From positions 13,987 through 32,111 of the forward strand of contig CBFHOE010000017.1 in assembly GCA_965657355.1 (NCBI GenBank): DNA of 18,125 bases. Direction: 5' to 3'. The stretch is from Limisphaerales bacterium (lineage in GTDB: Bacteria > Verrucomicrobiota > Verrucomicrobiia > Limisphaerales > JAJOIW01). This document shows, piece after piece, positions 8,172-16,336 of this stretch (position 1 is its first letter; each line of letters begins with the position of its first letter). The translations under genes were made by a program, and so were the position numbers. The notes beneath the pieces were generated by a model that did not search any database, was not told the DNA's origin, and was given only the letters and a program-made list of their open reading frames with translations.

Positions 8172-8804
8172 ATGAAAATGATGAATATAAAAAATAAAAT
8201 CATACTAAGTATTGGTGTCGTCATAATAATGACTTCAAACCCAACTTCGGGACAGAGTCTATGGAAAAAAGACACATCAAAGTCCATGTATTCAGATCTT
8301 ATCGCCAATAAAATCGGGGATATCCTAAATATAATCATTCAGGAGCAAAATTCTAACAAGCAACAAGCCAATACGTCGACATCCAAGGCGTCGTCTATTG
8401 ACGCCTCCATACAAAGTTTCCTCTACCCTCCCGGGGCATCAGGACTTCTAACAAAAAATGGCAGGCTTCCAAGGATGAGCATGGCTGGAGAGAATGCCTT
8501 TAAAGGAGGCGGCCAAATATCGAACTCTAAATCTATGACAGCGAGAATAGCTGTCACAATCATAGACAAAATGCCTAATGGCCAGTTGCTGATAGAAGGC
8601 CGACGAATAACCGAATTTAGCGGAGAAAAACAAGAAATAATTTTAAGAGGAGTTGTCAGACAAAAGGATATCACAGGCGGGAATACTGTATTTAGCTACA
8701 ATGTAGCCAACGCCAATATTCAGATAATTTCCAAAGGAGCCTTATCTCAACCACAGAAAAAAGGATGGTTTACCAGAACCTGGGAAAAGATTTCTCCATT
8801 TTAA
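8172..8804 (+). CDS. flgH: Flagellar L-ring protein FlgH
   Basis: SLW..MYSD..ANKIGDILNIIIQE, MPNGQLLIEG, LRGVVRQKDI..NTV and the C-terminal GWF..ISPF. Confidence 0.94.
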   Translation: MKMMNIKNKIILSIGVVIIMTSNPTSGQSLWKKDTSKSMYSDLIANKIGDILNIIIQEQNSNKQQANTSTSKASSIDASIQSFLYPPGASGLLTKNGRLPRMSMAGENAFKGGGQISNSKSMTARIAVTIIDKMPNGQLLIEGRRITEFSGEKQEIILRGVVRQKDITGGNTVFSYNVANANIQIISKGALSQPQKKGWFTRTWEKISPF

Positions 8805-8849
8805 TCAGATCCATTTAAGAGATCATCTGAATTCAAATTAACTGGAAAC

Positions 8850-9971
8850 ATGTTGCGAATAATCAAAAAATTTCTTCTGACAAGTGTAATCATCAATATA
8901 TTGATGGCTAACTCTGCAAATAGCGCAGTGAGATTGAAGGATTTAGCCACTATCTCAGGGGCACGTGAAAACCAGCTCGTTGGATATGGCCTAGTCACTG
9001 GTTTAAATAACCAGGGTGACCGGAACCTAACATACACACTCCAATCACTTTCTAGTTTATTGAGAAATTTTGGTGTTACTTTGCCCGCAACGGACATGCA
9101 GTCAAAAAATGTTGCAGCGGTAATGATTACAGCAAGTATACCTGCCTTTGCAAAACCAGGAGCAAAACTTGATGTAACCATTAGCTCTATTGGAGATGCA
9201 AAATCATTACAGGGAGGAATACTCCCACAAACCCCACTCTTTGGAGCTGATGGCAATGTATATGCGGTTGCACAGGGTCAATTAGCAATTGGTGGATTTT
9301 CATCAGGCGAGAGCAATGCATCACTTGTGAAGAACCACCCAACAGTTGGCCGAATAGCAAATGGTGCCATTGTTGAAGAACAAATACCAACGACTATTGA
9401 ATCCAATGGAATAATGCAGCTTCTATTTCGACAACCAGACTTTACTTCTGTTGCTCGAGCAGAAAGTGCCATAAACAAGAAATTTCCAAATTCAAAATCT
9501 GCAGTGGCGAAAGCAATTAATGCGTCCACTATCAATTTAAGAATACCAGACGAGTATTATGATAATGCAGTTGGTTTTGTCCAAGCAATCGAAGAAATTG
9601 GGATCGATCCAGATGTTAGAGCCAGGGTGATTGTAAACGAGCGAACTGGAACCATAGTCGCCACCTCATCAGTCCAAATCTCTGCGTGCGCCATATCACA
9701 TGGCAACCTGACAATCAGTGTAGCCACTACGCCCAACGTTTCCCAACCAAACCCGCTAGCACCACAAAATGCGCAAACAGTAGTTACTAATGGAACGCAA
9801 GTTAATATTGATGAGACAACATCTACATTAATTCCCACGCCAGACCTACCCACTGTCGAAGAGGTAGCGCAATACCTTAATAGCTTGGGGGTCACTCCAA
9901 GAGATTTAATTTCAATTTTTCAAGCAATGAAAAATGCAGGTTCCCTTCACGCTGAAATAATTGTTCAATAA
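8850..9971 (+). CDS. flgI: Flagellar P-ring protein FlgI
   Basis: RLKDL..GARENQLVGYGLVTGL, KNVAAVMITA, DAKSLQGG, RVIVNERTGTIV and AMKNAGSLHAE. Confidence 0.97.
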   Translation: MLRIIKKFLLTSVIINILMANSANSAVRLKDLATISGARENQLVGYGLVTGLNNQGDRNLTYTLQSLSSLLRNFGVTLPATDMQSKNVAAVMITASIPAFAKPGAKLDVTISSIGDAKSLQGGILPQTPLFGADGNVYAVAQGQLAIGGFSSGESNASLVKNHPTVGRIANGAIVEEQIPTTIESNGIMQLLFRQPDFTSVARAESAINKKFPNSKSAVAKAINASTINLRIPDEYYDNAVGFVQAIEEIGIDPDVRARVIVNERTGTIVATSSVQISACAISHGNLTISVATTPNVSQPNPLAPQNAQTVVTNGTQVNIDETTSTLIPTPDLPTVEEVAQYLNSLGVTPRDLISIFQAMKNAGSLHAEIIVQ

Positions 9972-9982
9972 AAATTTACTCA

Positions 9983-10330
9983 ATGGATTTATCGATTTCA
10001 CCACCCAGTTTACCACCACTCGGCTCCACCGATTACAACTCCTTGGTCGAGAAAACCCCCTCGACGGATGGAACAAGTAAGGAAGAACTATTACAGATAA
10101 GTCAGCAATTTGAATCTGTTCTATGGAAAAAATTTCTAGATGATGCCACGAAGCCATTATTGGAAACACATTTCTCAGGTAATAATACCCAATCGGAAAT
10201 ATATAGGGACATGATGAATCACACGTTAGCGCAAGCCATAACTACGGAATCGAAAAGCATGATTTCTAGCTCCATGGCAGCTCAATTGTACGTTGATACT
10301 AAAGGCGAAGATACCGGAAAAAATAAATAG
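9983..10330 (+). CDS. flgJ: FlgJ-like rod-binding (rod cap) protein without a muramidase domain
   Basis: 115 aa. SQQFESVL..IYRDMMNHTLAQAI rod-binding pattern; follows flgI. Confidence 0.8.
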   Translation: MDLSISPPSLPPLGSTDYNSLVEKTPSTDGTSKEELLQISQQFESVLWKKFLDDATKPLLETHFSGNNTQSEIYRDMMNHTLAQAITTESKSMISSSMAAQLYVDTKGEDTGKNK

Positions 10331-10339
10331 ATCTAAATT

Positions 10340-10846
10340 ATGAATCTTCAGCAACAGCAGTTAGAGAGTTTTGTGGAATGTTTAAGGTCAGAGCTCCAAG
10401 GATATGGTGAGTTACTGGCTTTAATGGAGACCCAGCAATCGCAAATCATGTCCAGAGATTTGACGCGCATTGAAAGTACGACTCAAAAGATAAATGAGCA
10501 ATTTAAAGTCATACAAGATTTGAGGAAAATTAGGTCTAACCAACAGGCGCAAATATCTATTTCAACAGGACTTGTCCCTGATGCCACCTACAAGGAGCAA
10601 AGAGACTTTTTCCCAAATGAATTTCGAAATCTCACTGATGCATTGGTAGAAGAAAACAATGCTCTTTTGAAAGAGGTCAAGGTTAAGGCCAAACAAAATC
10701 AAATGCTATTGTTCAGGACAACTGAAATGATGCAAGAATTCATAAATCATCTACTCCCGAGAAATGAAGTTCAGTCATACAATGCCAAGGGAGCAAAACA
10801 ATCTACTCGAGTCGAGAAAACCAACCTCTATGAGGCAATGGGATAA
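10340..10846 (+). CDS. flgN: Flagellar export chaperone FlgN
   Basis: Helical 168-aa protein (ELQGYGELLALM..Q, NQMLL, YNAKG) immediately upstream of flgK. Confidence 0.8.
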   Translation: MNLQQQQLESFVECLRSELQGYGELLALMETQQSQIMSRDLTRIESTTQKINEQFKVIQDLRKIRSNQQAQISISTGLVPDATYKEQRDFFPNEFRNLTDALVEENNALLKEVKVKAKQNQMLLFRTTEMMQEFINHLLPRNEVQSYNAKGAKQSTRVEKTNLYEAMG

Positions 10847-10868
10847 AATTTCTAACTAGCGGATAATC

Positions 10869-12293
10869 ATGTCGACACTCTTTGGATCATTAAATGTAGC
10901 CAGACAATCACTGCATAATATGCAGTTAGGTATTACCGTGGCTGGCCATAATATGGCAAATGCCACCACCGAGGGGTATAATCGACAGAAGGTCGTCATT
11001 AGCTCCGAAAAACAAAGTAATGGCTCACACGTACTCGGAGCAGGTGCCTATGTCAACCAAGTCCAAAGAGTGCATGATGTTTTGCTGGAGAATCGTATCC
11101 AAGACCACCAAAGTGACACTGGCTTATTAGAATCACAAAAAGAAATGCTGGATTTTATGGAATCTAGCCTGGGCCAATTTATCGACCGCCAATCCATGAG
11201 TGTTGAAGGAACGTCTGCGAGTCAAGGCATTGGCACACCTTCTAGTATTGCAGAGTATTTGGACCAGTTCTTTAATTCCATTTCATCTCTGAGCAATGAC
11301 CCTACTTCATCTGCATTGAGACAAGAGTTAGTGAATAATGCCAACTCTCTTACAAACAAGCTAAACGGTAATATCCAGGCCGTAGACACACTTCAGTCAC
11401 AAATTTTAAATGAGGTCACAAATACCGTAGAAGAAATAAACAGGCTTATAACACAAATCTCAGAGCTTAATTACGATATCGTCTCTGATGAAAAAGCGCA
11501 TAGGGGAGAGTCAAATGATTTGCGCGATAAAAGACAAGTTAAAGTCGAAGAACTAGCAGAGCTCATTAACATAGATAAGACTGTTGATAGCGATGGACTA
11601 ATGACTATCTATCTCGATGGGGTTCAAATGAGTGGCCTCAAGACATCAGAGAAACAAATTGAATCATTTATCAAGCCTGACGGAAGCATTGGTTTGCGAA
11701 CCGTTGGTGACGAACAGGAGACGGGATTTACGAGCGGAAGACTTGCTGGCCTTTCACGCGTGAGAGATGTTATACTCCCTGACCTAAAGACTAAATTTGA
11801 TACTTTCGCTTCAACCCTCATTTCCGAAGTCAATGCAGTATATCAAACCGGCACAGATCTACTCGGCAATAGCGGAGGAAATTTCTTTGAAGGAACAAAT
11901 GCTTCGGACATAAAAATTAATCCAGACGTAATGGATAACCCGGCCAAAATCCAGGGAAGTTTGGACGGGGAAAAGGGCGATAATACAATCTTTTTAAGAC
12001 TATTTGATCTTTCAAATAAAGAATTACCCTCTCTGAACAATCTTACTTTCTCTGAAAATTATGCTGATATTACAGGAAACTTTGGCAATACGATCAAAGC
12101 AATTGAGGATTCAATCGAGGATAATTCAGCTGTTGGCGATATGCTGGCCAAAAAAAGAGATAGCATTAGTGGTGTTTCGTTAGATGAAGAAATGACAAAT
12201 CTGATTCAATTTCAAAGAGCATATCAAGCGTCGGCCAGAATCATCAATACCTTAGATGAAATGATAAGCACGGCAATTAACCTTGGAAGATAA
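10869..12293 (+). CDS. flgK: Hook-associated protein 1 FlgK
   Basis: AGHNMANATTEGYNRQ, NDLRDKR and SGVSLDEEMTNLIQFQRAYQASARII. Confidence 0.96.
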   Translation: MSTLFGSLNVARQSLHNMQLGITVAGHNMANATTEGYNRQKVVISSEKQSNGSHVLGAGAYVNQVQRVHDVLLENRIQDHQSDTGLLESQKEMLDFMESSLGQFIDRQSMSVEGTSASQGIGTPSSIAEYLDQFFNSISSLSNDPTSSALRQELVNNANSLTNKLNGNIQAVDTLQSQILNEVTNTVEEINRLITQISELNYDIVSDEKAHRGESNDLRDKRQVKVEELAELINIDKTVDSDGLMTIYLDGVQMSGLKTSEKQIESFIKPDGSIGLRTVGDEQETGFTSGRLAGLSRVRDVILPDLKTKFDTFASTLISEVNAVYQTGTDLLGNSGGNFFEGTNASDIKINPDVMDNPAKIQGSLDGEKGDNTIFLRLFDLSNKELPSLNNLTFSENYADITGNFGNTIKAIEDSIEDNSAVGDMLAKKRDSISGVSLDEEMTNLIQFQRAYQASARIINTLDEMISTAINLGR

Positions 12294-12299
12294 GCACGG
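12263..12299 (+). repeat. 11-bp direct repeat at the flgK 3' end
   Basis: GATAAGCACGG at 12263-12273 and 12289-12299; the second copy contains the flgK stop codon. Confidence 0.6.
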
Positions 12300-12317
12300 A
12301 ATTTATTATAGAATATC

Positions 12318-13253
12318 ATGAGAATAGCCAGTAAAGCCCTGCCAGATATGGTTTTAAATCAGCTAAATAAGCTGGCACACAAGCAGTCCAAGCTGCAAAA
12401 TCAAATTTCTTCTGGGCAGCACATCAGTAAGGCATCTGACTCACCAAATGCTTTTGTAAAATTATTGAATTTTCAGTCTGAAGATCGATCTATTGAACAA
12501 TTCCAAAAGAATATCGATTTTTATAAAGAGGTTTCATCAAATACTTACTCGATAGTTGACTCAATGAAATCTGTCATTAATAGGGCGCAAGAAATAGCCA
12601 CCCGGTCAGATTCCTTAAAATCCAAAGATGAATTAGCTATTTTTGCTGTAGAAGTTAATGAGTTGCTTAACCAAGCGGTGAACCTTGCAAATTCTGAGTC
12701 ACGTGACAAATTTCTTTTTGCTGGCACAGCAGTCGGGGAAAAACCATTTGAAGCCACAAAAGATGCCGATAATAAAATCACAGCAGTTAATTACCAGGGG
12801 AATGAAAACGCTGTCGAATTGGTAATCTCAGATAATCTTAGGACTAGCCCATATCTTGTAGGTGAAAACGATTCAGGGTCGGGTGCTTTTGGGCTTTTCA
12901 AAGATAGTCGGACTGGCACAAACGTTTTTCAAAGTTTAATCAACCTCAGAGATAGACTCGAATCTGGAGATAGTGGCGCGGTAATTAATGATTCAATAGC
13001 TGAATTGGAAAAAGAAGAAGATAATATTATTTTTCATATAGGATCTATTGGGGCTTCTCAATCCAGCATGGAGGAAATGAGCGCTGTTCTCGCGGAAAAA
13101 TCAAATTCATTAAATAAGCTTTCTTCAAGAGAGGCAGATGTGGACATCACTGAAACCGTCATGCTTCTCAACCAAACACAACTATCATATCAAGCGGCCC
13201 TTCAGTCAGCTGGAAAGGTCCTTAATACATCCCTCCTAGACTATATTCGATAG
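12318..13253 (+). CDS. flgL: Hook-associated protein 3 FlgL
   Basis: Flagellin-like termini (MRI..QISSGQHISKASDSP; YQAALQSAGKVLNTSLLDYIR), FLFAGT..KPF and VNYQGN; follows flgK. Confidence 0.93.
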   Translation: MRIASKALPDMVLNQLNKLAHKQSKLQNQISSGQHISKASDSPNAFVKLLNFQSEDRSIEQFQKNIDFYKEVSSNTYSIVDSMKSVINRAQEIATRSDSLKSKDELAIFAVEVNELLNQAVNLANSESRDKFLFAGTAVGEKPFEATKDADNKITAVNYQGNENAVELVISDNLRTSPYLVGENDSGSGAFGLFKDSRTGTNVFQSLINLRDRLESGDSGAVINDSIAELEKEEDNIIFHIGSIGASQSSMEEMSAVLAEKSNSLNKLSSREADVDITETVMLLNQTQLSYQAALQSAGKVLNTSLLDYIR

Positions 13254-13270
13254 GATATTTTAATGTCGAG

Positions 13271-14023
13271 TTAAGGCAGCACCCTGATTCTTAGGTTTCT
13301 GAATTCAATAGGAGATCCTTCAGATTCGAGACAAAGGTAACCATTTGCTGGCGAACAGTTAGTGCCACCCGAAACCTCCTGCCCATTGACCCACAAACGA
13401 ACCTCACCGTTGATGGCTCGTATGTAATAATGGTTCCACTCTCCTGTTCCTTTGGTGAGGTTTTTTGATGGAAAACTTCTTTTACCATTGGGAGCAATTG
13501 GAGGAAATGGATCCATCTTTGATCCTTGTGTTGGAAAGACGTCACCATGACAGGTGAACCAGTTTGCCTTCTTATTATACTTTTTCTTATAAAATTCTGT
13601 ATACCCCAGATCGAGAACCTGAACTTCAATTCCCTGAGGCAATCTCCCCTTCCCTCCCTCTAATCGTTTTATAGATTCTGGAGTGGCCCAAAGAAAGACT
13701 CCAGAATTACCAGCACTCTTGAGGTGCCTCCATTCGCAAACTAGTTCTAAATTTTTTATTGGGTTCTTTGTCCTAATAACTCCAACTGGCTGACCTGTGC
13801 AAGCGACACTGTTGCCGTTCCATGTCCACGTATCATTTTCACAGTTAACATTAATAAAGTCATTCTCTGTCAGCGACCTCCATCCGGGACCTTTCCCATT
13901 AATAACGGTAACATCGGAAGAGTTTGCTTCGTCAGCAGCTAATGAAGTAGCTAGTGTCAGCGAATATATTATTAGTAGTATTATAGATGAATAATGGGCT
14001 AAACCATTCAGATAATTTTTCAT
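13271..14023 (-). CDS. Secreted DUF1080 (3-keto-disaccharide hydrolase family) protein
   Basis: Signal peptide; motifs ELVCEWR, GNSGVF, GIEVQVLD, GEWNHY, WVNG and GYLCLESEGSPIEFRNLRIR. Confidence 0.9.
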   Translation of the reverse strand: MKNYLNGLAHYSSIILLIIYSLTLATSLAADEANSSDVTVINGKGPGWRSLTENDFINVNCENDTWTWNGNSVACTGQPVGVIRTKNPIKNLELVCEWRHLKSAGNSGVFLWATPESIKRLEGGKGRLPQGIEVQVLDLGYTEFYKKKYNKKANWFTCHGDVFPTQGSKMDPFPPIAPNGKRSFPSKNLTKGTGEWNHYYIRAINGEVRLWVNGQEVSGGTNCSPANGYLCLESEGSPIEFRNLRIRVLP

Positions 14024-14073
14024 AAACCTTCAAAAATCAGAATAAAAATAAGCTATTAATTAAGTATAATATC

Positions 14074-16236
14074 CTATGCCCCTATCTGAGCAACCCAAAT
14101 AGCCAATCCAACGACAAAGAAGCATAAAAGCAAACTTACAAGAAATCCAACGACATCTACCATTTTGGGCTTGGCGAATTCCCACGAACTACCAGGAAAC
14201 AACTTGTTTGAATTCAAAGAATCCGGATTATTAAAAGCAGATTCCAAATTCGATTTATCTTCATCAGCCCCCCCCACGACAGGTGTCCTCATTTTGATGT
14301 ATAACCTATTCAGGCTAAGCTCATCATTCTTCTTTGTTAAAAGACTCACGATGATCATGACCAGAAAAGGAAAAACAATCTTTGGCAGAAGTTCCATACT
14401 TGCCAGTCTAGCTGAATTAGCAGAGGACAGTTCGAAACCAAGTATGTCATATACTAAGAACTCAAGTCGCAAGTTCCCGTTTCCAGTAACAGGCCCTTCA
14501 TAAGCATATTTAATAGTAGTTAAATCGTCGTTTTGTATTCTCTCTTTTACGACTCTAGCTGTGCCCTTATTAGGAATTACCCCTTCGGACCAATATATGG
14601 ATTTACCACCTGAAATTGTAGTTATAGTAAATTCCTCCCCAAGAGACAATGGAGCGGGCTTAGCTGCCAATTGCGAGAGTATTGTCTCATCAGAAAGACC
14701 TTGATCCTTGAGATTTTTAAAGTCGTTTTCCCAAATTTTAATATTAGCCTCTCTTTGTTTAACATCTGAAGGAACCGCGTTTCGAGTTGCAGTCGTTTCA
14801 ACAAAATCGGTGGTCTTACCAAGAACAGAGGCCGACTTCAATTGAGGGGCTATCAATGGCGCTACCCAAGGAATGATAAAAAACATCAAAGATGTGTATA
14901 TAATGACTGCCCAAGTCGCTTTCGCTGTTGCTCCACGCCAAAACATTCCCATCCAAAAAGGGGCAGCAAATATCATTGGAACTATCCACGTTAGCTGTAA
15001 CTGCTTGAAAACGTCCATCATAAACCATGAAATCAAAACAGCTCCTATAATCATTATGCCCCCAAATAATCGTGCTACTTTCAGACATTGTTGGTCAGTC
15101 GCATGATTATCTAGATAAGGGACGTATAGATTTCGAACAATGAGACCAGAAGTCACAAGCATGTATGTATCGGCAGAGCTCATCAGTGCCGCCAGCATAC
15201 ATGCCAACATGAGGCCTCTCAGGCCTGGCCAAAGTAATTCTCGAGACGCTATCCCCCAAGCTTTATCTGGGTCACTAATGAGCTCTGCATTATCTGAATA
15301 AAGGGCCAAAACAATTAACGCCGTTAGGGCCCATCCAATCGTACAAAACCTTTTGGCAAGATTCCCCATTACCAAACCTACCCTGGCATTTATTTCATTT
15401 TTTGCAGAACCACCACCTGTCGCAATGAAATGGGGCATAACAACAATCCCTAGTAAACTTATTATAGTGACTGCGATTATCCTATGTAATGGAAATTCAC
15501 TACCTGCTTCAGATCCCACAATAGTGAACAAATGCTCAGGCAGTTGTTCATGGATAATTTTGAATCCAGACATTATTCCCTGCGATTCAGGATTGCCAAA
15601 TTTTACCACCAGTGCGTCTAACCCGAAGGGAATCAAAATTATAGATAATAAAATAATAAAAATACCCTGCAATACGTCTGTCCAATAAGCAGCCGCAAGC
15701 CCACCTAAAACCCCATAAACAACAACAATTAAAGCGATAATCGGAACGAGGATATATTCCATTGATATCATAGTGCCCCCAATTTGAACAGCATCACCAA
15801 TAAGTGGTGCGGCTACTTTTCCAATAGCTGAAAAGAGCATCGAGGTGTATACCATATAGAAGATCAAACCGAATATTGCATAGGCCCCACCAAGACTTTT
15901 TGATTCATATCGCTCAACGAACCAGTCACCAAGAGTAAGATGTCTCATCCTTCTATACCAAACCCCTGCAAACCAATATATTGGGGTCACGAACAACCAA
16001 GACATGACAGACCACATACCGCTCATGCCAGAGGTAAAACTAGTTCTGGCCGTGTTTACTGGATCTGACGAACCCGTGCCTGCTCCAAATGCAGCAAATG
16101 CTTGCAACCATTTACCAAATCGTCGTCCGCCTAATAGGTAGTCTTCCTGGGCTTTAACACGTTTCATAGCCCAAAAACCAATGACCATCATAAGCGCAAA
16201 ATATCCAGCAAGGACAATATAATCGAGGAGATTCAC
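14074..16236 (-). CDS. Sodium:solute symporter (SSS family)
   Basis: EDYLLGGRRFG, ERY, YGVLGGLAAAYWTDVLQG, GLMLACMLAALMSSAD and many TM helices. GTG start; an in-frame TAA further upstream rules out an earlier start. Confidence 0.92.
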   Translation of the reverse strand: MNLLDYIVLAGYFALMMVIGFWAMKRVKAQEDYLLGGRRFGKWLQAFAAFGAGTGSSDPVNTARTSFTSGMSGMWSVMSWLFVTPIYWFAGVWYRRMRHLTLGDWFVERYESKSLGGAYAIFGLIFYMVYTSMLFSAIGKVAAPLIGDAVQIGGTMISMEYILVPIIALIVVVYGVLGGLAAAYWTDVLQGIFIILLSIILIPFGLDALVVKFGNPESQGIMSGFKIIHEQLPEHLFTIVGSEAGSEFPLHRIIAVTIISLLGIVVMPHFIATGGGSAKNEINARVGLVMGNLAKRFCTIGWALTALIVLALYSDNAELISDPDKAWGIASRELLWPGLRGLMLACMLAALMSSADTYMLVTSGLIVRNLYVPYLDNHATDQQCLKVARLFGGIMIIGAVLISWFMMDVFKQLQLTWIVPMIFAAPFWMGMFWRGATAKATWAVIIYTSLMFFIIPWVAPLIAPQLKSASVLGKTTDFVETTATRNAVPSDVKQREANIKIWENDFKNLKDQGLSDETILSQLAAKPAPLSLGEEFTITTISGGKSIYWSEGVIPNKGTARVVKERIQNDDLTTIKYAYEGPVTGNGNLRLEFLVYDILGFELSSANSARLASMELLPKIVFPFLVMIIVSLLTKKNDELSLNRLYIKMRTPVVGGADEDKSNLESAFNNPDSLNSNKLFPGSSWEFAKPKMVDVVGFLVSLLLCFFVVGLAIWVAQIGA

Positions 16237-16336
16237 CCCTGAATTATGTGGCTGATATTTAGATGGGAAAGAAAATTTTTAAGAAATTCTTGATGCAAAA
16301 ACGAATTTCAAAAGTGAATCAAGAAGATTCAAAAGA

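Noticed and set aside
8805..8830. TCAGAT..ATCTGA inverted repeat between flgH and flgI
   Set aside because: Only a 6-bp stem with a 14-nt loop and no U-tract; too weak to call a terminator.
10843..10866. TAAA..GCGGATAA sigma28-like motif before flgK
   Set aside because: The spacer is 11 nt rather than 15, and the element almost abuts the start codon.
16287..16325. TTCTTGAT..ATCAAGAA inverted repeat downstream of gcvP as a terminator
   Set aside because: AT-rich 8-bp stem with a 23-nt loop; too unstable to support as an intrinsic terminator.
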